Source: a virus | Lineage: Duplodnaviria; Caudoviricetes | DNA: 25,691 bases | Virus record (IMG/VR): IMGVR_UViG_3300010398_000042 | Location: 1 to 25,691 of that record | Direction: 5' to 3' (one strand) | In this document: in pieces, positions 8,099 to 15,948 of the stretch | How the letters are laid out: the number at the start of each line of letters is the position of its first letter | Numbering within the stretch: position 1 is the stretch's first letter | Position numbers and translations under genes: made by a program | Notes under the pieces: generated by a model | Databases searched by the model: none | What the model saw: only the letters and a program-made list of their open reading frames with translations | What the model was told of the DNA's origin: nothing

Positions 8099-8268
8099 GC
8101 GAAGAAGACGAGAAGCGCGGCTTCGAGTTGCGCGAGCGGATCGAGACACTGCTGCGCGTGCTGGCGACAGTCGAGGACCCGCACGACGTTCTCTACTTCG
8201 TCGAGCGGCTCGCCGAGCGGATGCGCGAGGAGCTCTGGCATGGCGTGCACGAAGACGACGAGACGTAG
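8095..8268 (+). CDS. small acidic helical protein (57 aa, MSEEDEKRGFELRERIETLL...)
   Basis: ATGA overlap with the int stop, GGAGGAGG RBS, GC3-rich codons; absent from the ORF track. Confidence 0.7.
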   Translation: MSEEDEKRGFELRERIETLLRVLATVEDPHDVLYFVERLAERMREELWHGVHEDDET

Positions 8269-8295
8269 GACCCTCCGGGGTCTTGCGGTAGCGAT

Positions 8296-8328
8296 GGAGG
8301 CCCGCTTCGGCGGGCCTTCGTCGTCTCT
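8296..8328 (+). terminator. intrinsic terminator of the early/int transcript
   Basis: GGAGGCCCGC-TTCG-GCGGGCCTTC followed by a pyrimidine-rich tail. Confidence 0.7.
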
Positions 8329-8360
8329 GGAGACAACAGGCTGTAGCCTGCGCAGGCAAA

Positions 8361-8382
8361 ACTCGCCCCCTACTAACCCCCT
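8361..8382. repeat. attP left arm-type sites (ACTCGCCCCCT ACTAACCCCCT)
   Basis: Tandem 11-bp repeats matching those at 8581-8602. Confidence 0.8.
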
Positions 8383-8400
8383 TTTGTCAGCCCTGGAAAC

Positions 8401-8429
8401 AGAAAAGCCCCGGTTTGCGGGGCTTTTCT
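8401..8429. terminator. bidirectional intrinsic terminator; would terminate the restored host tRNA
   Basis: AGAAAAGCCCCG-GTTTG-CGGGGCTTTTCT, a perfect 12-bp stem immediately 3' of the tRNA fragment on the minus strand. Confidence 0.85.
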
Positions 8430-8431
8430 TT

Positions 8432-8477
8432 GAGCGGGCGGCGGGTCTCGAACCCGCGACATTCAGCTTGGGAAGCT
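8432..8477 (-). mobile_element. attP core: 3' half of tRNA-Gly(CCC)
   Basis: Minus strand reads AGC-TTCCCAA-GCTGA ATGTC GCGGG-TTCGAGA-CCCGC CGCCCGC T C: anticodon loop, T-arm and 3' acceptor strand. A proper 5' half is missing. Confidence 0.9.
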
Positions 8478-8580
8478 CGTCCTAGTTGTCACAACGGACT
8501 TCCCCGCAGATCAAAATCCCTGCAAACGAGCTTTTCGCTCCGAGTCGTGTGTCACTGCGCGTCACCGCAAACCGCCTCCA

Positions 8581-8602
8581 ACTCGCCCCCTACTCGCCCC
8601 CT
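8581..8602. repeat. attP right arm-type sites (ACTCGCCCCCT x2)
   Basis: Perfect tandem 11-mers in the same orientation as the left pair. Confidence 0.8.
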
Positions 8603-8637
8603 TTGGGCCGGAATCCTTTTCTTCCCCTTCTCCGGTC

Positions 8638-8708
8638 TGATAGGGTCGTGAGCGCGGTTGCCGGGGCACCGCCTTTGGAGAGGAACAGCGCCCCGGCGCA
8701 AAGGAGGG
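8638..8708 (+). promoter_or_regulatory. promoter and leader of the two-gene cassette
   Basis: TG-A-TAGGGT at 8638-8646; hairpin GCCGGGGC/GCCCCGGC at 8660-8697; AAAGGAGGG RBS. Confidence 0.55.
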
Positions 8709-8713
8709 TAGCG

Positions 8714-9337
8714 ATGAGCCACATCGAGAAGGCCGCGAGCTACATCACGCGCGGCGCTGAGTTCTACCGCAAGGCCGCCATCGAGCTGACGGCGGCCCGA
8801 GAAGAGGGCTACACCTGGAAGACGATCTCGGAAGGCGTCGGTCGCTCGCAGTCGTGGTGCAAGGAGCTAGTTGCAAAGGGTAAAAGCGGCCAGTATTCAG
8901 CGCCGTTCGCGGGCGAATACGGCGGCGTCAAAACGAGGTTGACGACCTCAATGCTGAAGGACGCTCCGATGGAGGAGATCGAGCGGGTAATCGAGAAGTT
9001 GCCGCGTGAGCGGCGCAATCAGATCGGCCGGGCCTTCGACCACCCCTACTCGACGGCTCGGGCCGACTTCGCCGACCGCGAGCGCAACCTGAGCGAGCGG
9101 GAGAAGCAGGAGCGCGAGGCCGCAGTCGAGCAGATCACGAAGCCGGCCCGGCAGATGGTCGCCGACTTCGGTTCGATGACGATCGTGAACCACTTGGAGA
9201 CGGCGCTGGAGAAGCTGAGCGAGCTCGTCGCCGACAGCAGTCTCAGCACGAGGGCGGTGAGACAGATCGACCGAGCCTACGAAGCCCTCGGGGCAGAACT
9301 GGAAGTCGCCCGCGCACTCGTCGGAATCGAGCGCTGA
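8714..9337 (+). CDS. N-terminal HTH protein with helical/coiled-coil C-terminus (207 aa)
   Basis: Strong RBS before ATG 8714; AREEGYTWKTISEGVGRSQSWCKELV HTH. Confidence 0.75.
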   Translation: MSHIEKAASYITRGAEFYRKAAIELTAAREEGYTWKTISEGVGRSQSWCKELVAKGKSGQYSAPFAGEYGGVKTRLTTSMLKDAPMEEIERVIEKLPRERRNQIGRAFDHPYSTARADFADRERNLSEREKQEREAAVEQITKPARQMVADFGSMTIVNHLETALEKLSELVADSSLSTRAVRQIDRAYEALGAELEVARALVGIER

Positions 9338-9338
9338 G

Positions 9339-9803
9339 ATGGGTCTCTCGCAAGCCAAGATCAAGGAGCTACTGGCGAACAACCGCTCACGCTGGGAGGT
9401 GCTGGAGGACTGGCTACTCGAAACCGAGCCGGAAAAGTTCACGAACGCCCAGCTCTCGAAGTCGCTGAAACTGCCGTCGGCGGCGGCGACGCGCATGATC
9501 CGTGCCTACCTCGATGTGCAGCGGCGCGAGAACTCGGAGACGCTCTACGTGCTCAAGCGCCAGGGCAAGACGCGCTGGACGATCTGGGTCGTGCACAACC
9601 GCAAGGGCCAGGACCTGCTCGACGAGCAGCTCTTCGACGACCTGAAGACACGCGTGATGGACGCCTACGTGCCCGACACGAGACGGCTGGCCGAGCTGGA
9701 GCCGAGACTGCGCCGGCGCTGCGAGCGCAGAATCGACTGGGCGATCAACACCCTGATCGGCAGCGTCCGTGTAATCGTGGACGACGCTTTCGAGGGCGAG
9801 TAA
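9339..9803 (+). CDS. winged-helix-like hypothetical protein
   Basis: 1 nt after the upstream stop; FTNAQLSKSLKLPSAAATRMIRAY followed by a YVLKRQGKTRWTIWVV hairpin. Confidence 0.65.
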   Translation: MGLSQAKIKELLANNRSRWEVLEDWLLETEPEKFTNAQLSKSLKLPSAAATRMIRAYLDVQRRENSETLYVLKRQGKTRWTIWVVHNRKGQDLLDEQLFDDLKTRVMDAYVPDTRRLAELEPRLRRRCERRIDWAINTLIGSVRVIVDDAFEGE

Positions 9804-9818
9804 GCCCCTAGGAACGGG

Positions 9819-9845
9819 AAAAGGAGGGGCGCCGAAGCGCCCCTC
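9819..9845 (-). terminator. intrinsic terminator of the late (-) operon
   Basis: Minus strand reads GAGGGGCGC-TTCG-GCGCCCCTC-CTTTT. Confidence 0.8.
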
Positions 9846-9913
9846 ACCCGTCTACTGGAGTCGGTCGCCGGACCGACGATGCTGAGCTTACTGCACCGCA
9901 TATGCTTCAAGTG

Positions 9914-10330
9914 ATGAAGCTCTGCGAGTGCGGCTGCGGCCTCCCGGCGCCGATCGCCAAGATGACCGACGCGAAGCGTGGCTACGTCAAAGGCCAGCCA
10001 CGCCGCTTCATCCACGGGCACTACGCGCGCGGGCGCAAGCACACGCCCGAGACGATCGAAAAGATGCGCAACGCGCAGCGCGCCGAGAAGCATCCGCTCT
10101 GGAAGGGAGAAGCGGCCGGGTATTCCGCCATTCACGTCTGGGTGCGAAACAACTACGTCAAGCAGGGCCGCTGCGAGACGTGCGGGAAAGAGGGTCGCAC
10201 CGAGTGGGCCAACGTCAGCGGGGAATACAAGAGGGTCAGGGAAGACTGGATCGAGCTTTGTCGCCCCTGTCACGTCCAGCGCGACGGTCTCGCTAAGAAC
10301 CTTGGCGTATACCTACGTGGAGGTGCGTGA
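9914..10330 (+). CDS. freestanding NUMOD3-containing HNH-like homing endonuclease
   Basis: LCECGCG, GRKHTPETIEKM (NUMOD3), WKG..AGYSAIHVWV, CETCG..WANVSGEY..DWIELCRPCH. Start is 9914 (leaderless) or 9902. Confidence 0.85.
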   Translation: MKLCECGCGLPAPIAKMTDAKRGYVKGQPRRFIHGHYARGRKHTPETIEKMRNAQRAEKHPLWKGEAAGYSAIHVWVRNNYVKQGRCETCGKEGRTEWANVSGEYKRVREDWIELCRPCHVQRDGLAKNLGVYLRGGA

Positions 10331-11342
10331 GGTGATTACCCCACCCAGGGGCATCGGTATTGAAAATCACTTGATACGGACCGACGTTGTAGCCGCCGCC
10401 GGTCTGCTGGCGGGCCTGCGCCGCCGGCATCCCGGCCGCGATCAGCGCGTCCTGGCCGAGCTGGATCAGCGTCTTGCCGCTCGACGGGATGTCGGCGGCG
10501 TTGCCGGTCCAGTGATCGGACTGAGTGCCGTTGACGGTCAGCTCGGAGTGATTTGTACCGGTGCCGATCGTCAAGGGCTGCCCGGCGAGGCCGGCGACCT
10601 GACCGACGAAGCTCAGTACGGCCGGGTTCGTCGAGACGCCCTTGCGGTCGGCGCCCGGCGCCAGTGACACCCTCCCCATCGCCGTCGTCGGTAGGGCCGC
10701 CACGCCCAGGGGTCCTCCTGCGAACGCAGCGGATGGGGACGACGACGGCGACGAGAGGGTCGCTCCCATCAGCGCCTGGTTGACAGCCTCGGGCGACTGA
10801 CCGAGCGTGCTGATCAGCGCCGCCGCGATCGGGTCGCCCCCGGACGACGGCGCTCCGAAGGACGGCACCCCACCGAGGGGAAGAGTGTTCGCCGGAGCGC
10901 CGCCCTTCTTCCCTGCCGCCGACATGATCTTGCGGACGTAGTCGTAGGTCTGGCCGCCGGCGAAGTTCGGGTCGAGGTACTTGTCGGGCTGGCCGGAGTT
11001 GTAAGCCGAGAGCGCGCGCTGATAGCTGCCGTACTTGCGGACCGAGGAGGCCATCTCGTTCGCTGCCCACCTGAGCGAGGCGACCGGGTCGGTCGCATCG
11101 ACACCGGGGTGGTACTTCGGGACGATCTGGGCGATCCCGACGGCGCCGGCGCCAGAGCGGGCCGTCGGGTCGAAGCCCGACTCCTGGCTGATCTGGGCGC
11201 TGAAGATGCGCGGGTCGATCCCGGCCTGGGCGGCGAAGGTGTTGGCGAGCTCGCGGTAGTTCGGCTGCTGGCCGCGGTAAGGCAGCGTCGAGAGGTTGGG
11301 CCTCTGGCCGCGCCAGGGGAGCGTGCGGACGTTAGGGGGCAC
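10293..11342 (-). CDS. virion-associated lytic transglycosylase (SLT) fused to M15-like metallopeptidase
   Basis: QISQESGFDPTARSGAGAVGIAQI...ALSAYNSG...ETYDYV-like (QTYDYV); C-terminal SDHWTGNAAD and HLH. Confidence 0.85.
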   Translation of the reverse strand: MPPNVRTLPWRGQRPNLSTLPYRGQQPNYRELANTFAAQAGIDPRIFSAQISQESGFDPTARSGAGAVGIAQIVPKYHPGVDATDPVASLRWAANEMASSVRKYGSYQRALSAYNSGQPDKYLDPNFAGGQTYDYVRKIMSAAGKKGGAPANTLPLGGVPSFGAPSSGGDPIAAALISTLGQSPEAVNQALMGATLSSPSSSPSAAFAGGPLGVAALPTTAMGRVSLAPGADRKGVSTNPAVLSFVGQVAGLAGQPLTIGTGTNHSELTVNGTQSDHWTGNAADIPSSGKTLIQLGQDALIAAGMPAAQARQQTGGGYNVGPYQVIFNTDAPGWGNHLTHLHVGIRQGS

Positions 11343-14268
11343 TCGTCGTCTCCGTCTTCGGCGTAGCTGCCTTCCGTAGTGCGCCGAGCTCGTTGCGGTA
11401 GAACCACTGCTCGGCGATCGAGTCGCGGGCGTGACTGATCTGCGCGTCCGATGCGTTCGCGTAGTTGGCGGCGGCGGCGTCGGCGTCTTCCTGCGAGAGC
11501 TTGCCGAGCTTGACGCCGAGGTTGAGGTCGGCCTTCAGCCGGTCGAGGTCGGAGGCTCCCTTCGACAGCGACGAGTAGGCGGCCTTGCGCTCGTCATCGA
11601 CCGAGAACATCTGCTCGATCGTCTGCCGGCCCTCGTCGCTGATCGTGCCGCCGTTGGCGATGATTCCCTTGATCGCATTGGCCGCTCCGGTGCTCGGCTT
11701 CTTGCCGTAGGTCTGCATCCCGAGCCCGACCGAACCGACGCCGTAGCCGCCGAAGGCGGCGGCGAGACCGTTCAGGCCTCCGTGCTGGGCCTTGTAGAGG
11801 TCGTAGCTGTCCTGAGCGAGCAGCGGCGTCATCCGCTGCGTGATCGCCGAGCGCAACGAGAACGGCTCCCCGATCTGGTTGGAGTTCCGCAGCCAGTCGG
11901 TGACAAAGCTCGCAATCGGCGACTCCTTCCCCATGAAGAACCGCTGCGCGATGTCGAGCCTCGTCGGGTCACCGAACCCCGTCGATGTCAGGTTCAGCTT
12001 CTTGCCGGTCGTCGAGCTGATCGCAACCCCGGTTGCAAGCTGGGCGAGCAGCCGCAGCTCCTGCTGGAACCCACCCGCGATATCGAGGCGCGTGTTGCCG
12101 ATCCGAATCTTCCCCCAGTCGGGATTCCTGGGGTCCCTGGCAACCTTGACGCCGGGGACCTGGGAGGCGATTCCGAGCACCGTCGAGAGCGTGCCGGCCA
12201 GTTGCAGGCCCGAGCGCAGCGCCTCCTTGCGCGCATACGGGTGCAGACGGGCGTAGTAGGCCGGGTTCAGGAAGTTGAGCCGGGAGGCAAGCAGGCGAGG
12301 CGAGAAGAGGAAGGAGTTCAAAAGCGGCGCGGCCTCCTGGAAACGGCCGAGGTCGCCACGCCCGGTGGCGGAGCCGATGAACTTGCCGAGGCTCTGCAAG
12401 AAGTGGGGGTCCTGCACATCGACGCCCTGCGCTTGGGCGCGCTGGAGCAGGTGATCGAACACGTCCGCGCGTGTCTTGTCGAGGAAGCCGGTATAGGCCC
12501 GGCCGGAGGCGCGCACGGGACCCCACTTGCCGCCGGTCAGTTTCTCGGCGTAGTCGGAGGCGAACCGCTCCTCACGACCGCCGATGTCGCGGCCGAGCTC
12601 GGTGAACGGCAGCCTCGCCTCCAGCATCATCGGGTAGGTCGGCCGGGCGTGAATCTCATCGAGGATGCCCTGATAGACGTGCTCGCTCCCGAACGCCTTG
12701 ATCATCGAGCCGAAGTTGCGAGCGAAGATCGTCGGGTGGCGCGTGGCGACCATCAGCCCCTGCCGGAACGGCGCCGACAGATCGAACGAGGCCATCAGTG
12801 AACGCGGGATGTTCAGCACGTTCGCCACCGTGTCCCTGAACGGGTGCTTCCTCATCGCCTCAAGACCAGCAGCGGTCTCCTTCCCGAAGACGTGCTGGAG
12901 CAGAGTGATCTCGCCGGTTGTCGGTGTCCTTCCGGCGAGCGCGCCCGTCAGCGCCTCCGCGGCGCGGATCTTCTGCCCTTCGAGGAGATGCGGGTGGTCG
13001 AGGATGTGGGTCTGGAGCGCCCGCAGCGACTGGTTGTTCAGCTCGCCGAAGCCTTCGAAGTTGATCTTCGGCAGCTCGCCGGCCAGCTCCACCTTCGCCC
13101 TCGCAACCCGCTCGTCGGGCGAGAGGCTCTGGTCGTTCAAGTGCTCGCGGGCGGCGGCAAAGCGCTTACCGCGCTCGGTCGAGTAGAGCGCCTCCTGTTG
13201 CTTGCGGGCGACCTGTGCGCTCTTCAGGCCTCCCCGCACCTGCTCTGCGGGGGTCAGCGGTCGGTGGTGCGAGATCGCGTTCGGGTTCTCGCCCATGTCC
13301 TTGACCTGCGAGCGGGCGTCCTTGAGGTTGTCGGCGAGTCCCGAATCGACGAGCGCCTGCGCGTTCGTGACCGGTTTCGTCGGCCCCTTGGCCGAGGCTC
13401 GCGCGTATTCGCTCCCCAGCCTGTTCGCCTGCTGGCTCCCCCACTTGGAGACGAGCGGACGACCGCGCGAGTAGTCCCAGTAGCGCGGGTCCTTCTTGAG
13501 CGCGTCGAGTCCGGTCTGGTAGGCCGCGAGAGCGCCGGACGTGCGGGTCTCGGCCTCCTTGAGCGTTTCCGCCTTCGGTGCTACCTCGGCCACGGCCTTG
13601 GCGGCGCGCGCGCCCCGCAGGCCCTTGGCGAGGCCGATGCCGAGCAGTCCGGCGGCCTCGCCGACACCGCCGCCGGGCATGACCAACGAGACCGCGTTCG
13701 CCGCCTTCGCCGCCGCCCTGGCAACGTTCGTCTCGCCGCCCTCGTCGAGCCCGCCGGGGATCAGCGAGCGTAGGACGTAGCCCGGCTTGCCGTAGTTCGC
13801 GGCCTGGATCTGCTTGGCCTTCGCCACCTGGGCCGCGTTCCAGCCCGTGCTCTCCTGGCCGGACGGTCCGGCGTGGTGGTGGGACGTGTAGGCATCCGTG
13901 TAGTAGGGGCGCTCGGCGAGGTAGGCGCCCGGCTGCGCCCTCTGTCCCGGTTCGGCCCAGCCACCGGCCAGGTTCTTCAGTGCGCCGACCGTGCCGGCGA
14001 CGGGCTCACCCGCGTAGTGGGGAGCGAATCGCTTCACGGTCGAGACCTGAGCCGGCCTGACGCTCTGCGTGTTGACTGGGGCCGCCGTCGTTGTCTTGGG
14101 CGGGCGCCTTGCCGGTGCGGCGCGACTGTGGGCGCGCACCTGGATCATCCTCTGGGGAGGAGGAGCCGCAGCCTTGGTCGCGGCCGGAGGCGGGCCGAAG
14201 TCGGCCAGCGCCTTGCCGAGGATCGCCTTCGCCTTCGCCTGTTGCGCTGGGCTTAGCGTCGTGCTCAC
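11332..14268 (-). CDS. large internal virion (ejection) protein
   Basis: About 978 aa, helical. GTG at 14268 overlaps the upstream TGA. Its position after the nozzle and fibre genes is typical of podovirus ejection proteins. Confidence 0.6.
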   Translation of the reverse strand: MSTTLSPAQQAKAKAILGKALADFGPPPAATKAAAPPPQRMIQVRAHSRAAPARRPPKTTTAAPVNTQSVRPAQVSTVKRFAPHYAGEPVAGTVGALKNLAGGWAEPGQRAQPGAYLAERPYYTDAYTSHHHAGPSGQESTGWNAAQVAKAKQIQAANYGKPGYVLRSLIPGGLDEGGETNVARAAAKAANAVSLVMPGGGVGEAAGLLGIGLAKGLRGARAAKAVAEVAPKAETLKEAETRTSGALAAYQTGLDALKKDPRYWDYSRGRPLVSKWGSQQANRLGSEYARASAKGPTKPVTNAQALVDSGLADNLKDARSQVKDMGENPNAISHHRPLTPAEQVRGGLKSAQVARKQQEALYSTERGKRFAAAREHLNDQSLSPDERVARAKVELAGELPKINFEGFGELNNQSLRALQTHILDHPHLLEGQKIRAAEALTGALAGRTPTTGEITLLQHVFGKETAAGLEAMRKHPFRDTVANVLNIPRSLMASFDLSAPFRQGLMVATRHPTIFARNFGSMIKAFGSEHVYQGILDEIHARPTYPMMLEARLPFTELGRDIGGREERFASDYAEKLTGGKWGPVRASGRAYTGFLDKTRADVFDHLLQRAQAQGVDVQDPHFLQSLGKFIGSATGRGDLGRFQEAAPLLNSFLFSPRLLASRLNFLNPAYYARLHPYARKEALRSGLQLAGTLSTVLGIASQVPGVKVARDPRNPDWGKIRIGNTRLDIAGGFQQELRLLAQLATGVAISSTTGKKLNLTSTGFGDPTRLDIAQRFFMGKESPIASFVTDWLRNSNQIGEPFSLRSAITQRMTPLLAQDSYDLYKAQHGGLNGLAAAFGGYGVGSVGLGMQTYGKKPSTGAANAIKGIIANGGTISDEGRQTIEQMFSVDDERKAAYSSLSKGASDLDRLKADLNLGVKLGKLSQEDADAAAANYANASDAQISHARDSIAEQWFYRNELGALRKAATPKTETTSAP

Positions 14269-15947
14269 GAACCGAAGACCCCGAGGTCCCACTTCGAGGC
14301 GGCCACGTCGAGCTTGGTCGGAGTCTTCCAGCCGGCCGCCCTCATCGCCCGTCGCGCCTGGGCGCGGATCGCCTTCTCGTTCTTCATCCCGGAACCGCGC
14401 AGCGACTCAAGGACGGCGTTATAGGTCTGCGTGTAGTCCTCCAGCAGGCTGCCGACACCTGGCGCCGCTCCGGTCGTGCTCGTGCCGGCGCCCGTGCCGC
14501 CGCCGAGGTTGACGCCGGTGATGTTGAGGCCGCCGCCGCTTGTGCCGCCGCTCGTGGTCGTGCTCTTGGCAGCGTCGGCGATTGCCTTCTGCCGCCCCTT
14601 CCAGGCCTTGTTCGCCACCCCGCGAGCGTCCCTGAACGCCGAGCCGAGACCGCTCGGACTCAGACCGCTCTTGCTGCCCGAGGCGCTCTTCTTCGGGACG
14701 TAGGGGATCGGGTTGCCGTTCTCGTCGGTGATCGCCTTGCCCTTCGAGTCCACGAGCACGCCGCGCTGACGCGAGAGCGAGTCCGAGTAGGCGCCGGGCG
14801 CATTCGCCGAGTACCACTGCGAGTAGGAGACGACGCTGCCGGTCGCCGGGTCCTCAACGTAGCCGGGCAGCACGTTGCCGTTCGCGTCGCGGCCGGTCGT
14901 TGACTGCTTGAACTTCTGCTGCGCGATCCCGAGGTAGTCCTGTGTGATCCCGAGCTGCTTGTCGGCGCGCGCGTTCTCGATCGCCTGCTGCCGCGCGTCG
15001 ATCTTCGCCTGGCGGCGCTTGTCGGCCTGGGTGATCCCGAACTCGCGCCTCGTCTCCCGCTGGCCGACGTTGAACTGCCGGATGTTCTCCCGCTGCGTGG
15101 CAAGGTTCTGGAGATAGGTGGCGCGGTTGCCGGTCAGGTCGGCGATCCGGTTCAGCGTCTGGTTGCGATCGTCGCGCTGGGCCTGGAGCGCCGTCTGGTA
15201 GAGCTCCGGCCGCTGCGCGATGATCTTCGCCCGCTCGGCGGCGCGCTGGTTCAGCGCGTCGATCGCCTGCTGCGCGTAGTCCCTGGCGGTCTGGGCGACC
15301 TCGCCGTAGCCCTGCGTGGCCGCTGCGTTCTGGAGCCTGACCGCAGTCGCCGCCTGGGCGCCGAGGTCGGAGGCCGGCAAGGTGACGCCGGTGTACTGTG
15401 CCGTCGAGCGTAGGCCGGGGATGTCGTAGCCGCCGACGAGGCCGGCGTTCTGCTCGCCGATCAGACCTGCAACCTGGGCGCGCGCCTTGTCGGCCACCGC
15501 CTGCTGGTCGGCGGCGACGGCGCCGGTCAGCCCGGTCCCGTAGGAGCCGAGCGCATTGGCGGCGTTCTGGTAGGCCTGCCCGACCGAAGGCGCCTCTCGC
15601 GTCAACAGGTCGCCAAGCCCCGAGGCGAAGCCCATCGCCCGGTTCTGGAGGTCGGCAAACTGCTGCTGCTCCAGCTTCGAGCTCGCGTTCGAGGCGCCAA
15701 GCGCAGCGTCGATCTGCGCCGACACCTGCTGGTTGGCGATGTTCGCTCCCTGCCCCGGCGTCTGGAGATTCGCGCGCGCCTGCGCGAGGATCTTGTCGTA
15801 GGGCGTGGCGATCGGGTTGATGCTGATCTTGCCGCCGCCTCCGGTGGCGCTGCCCGTGCTGCCGGCCGCAGTGCCGCCGGTCGCCCTCGCCGCCGGCGTG
15901 AAGGCGCCGAGCTGGCCGCCCCAGGTTGTGAAGCGCCCGGCCGGCAT
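14265..15947 (-). CDS. internal virion (ejection) protein
   Basis: 560 aa, A/Q/G-rich helical and coiled-coil; synteny. Confidence 0.6.
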   Translation of the reverse strand: MPAGRFTTWGGQLGAFTPAARATGGTAAGSTGSATGGGGKISINPIATPYDKILAQARANLQTPGQGANIANQQVSAQIDAALGASNASSKLEQQQFADLQNRAMGFASGLGDLLTREAPSVGQAYQNAANALGSYGTGLTGAVAADQQAVADKARAQVAGLIGEQNAGLVGGYDIPGLRSTAQYTGVTLPASDLGAQAATAVRLQNAAATQGYGEVAQTARDYAQQAIDALNQRAAERAKIIAQRPELYQTALQAQRDDRNQTLNRIADLTGNRATYLQNLATQRENIRQFNVGQRETRREFGITQADKRRQAKIDARQQAIENARADKQLGITQDYLGIAQQKFKQSTTGRDANGNVLPGYVEDPATGSVVSYSQWYSANAPGAYSDSLSRQRGVLVDSKGKAITDENGNPIPYVPKKSASGSKSGLSPSGLGSAFRDARGVANKAWKGRQKAIADAAKSTTTSGGTSGGGLNITGVNLGGGTGAGTSTTGAAPGVGSLLEDYTQTYNAVLESLRGSGMKNEKAIRAQARRAMRAAGWKTPTKLDVAASKWDLGVFGS

Positions 15948-15948
15948 C

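Noticed and set aside
6767-8359. Long antisense ORFs (this one, 347-1594, 11431-12801, 17742-19265, 23556-25124)
   Set aside because: Shadow ORFs expected from high GC3 codon bias; no motifs or RBS.
8432-8508. Complete tRNA-Gly gene (upstream GCGGGGA and GTCC/GGAC mimic acceptor and D stems)
   Set aside because: Two acceptor mismatches, no U8 or canonical D-loop, and only 3 bp of anticodon stem; better explained as the attP core plus binding-site palindromes.
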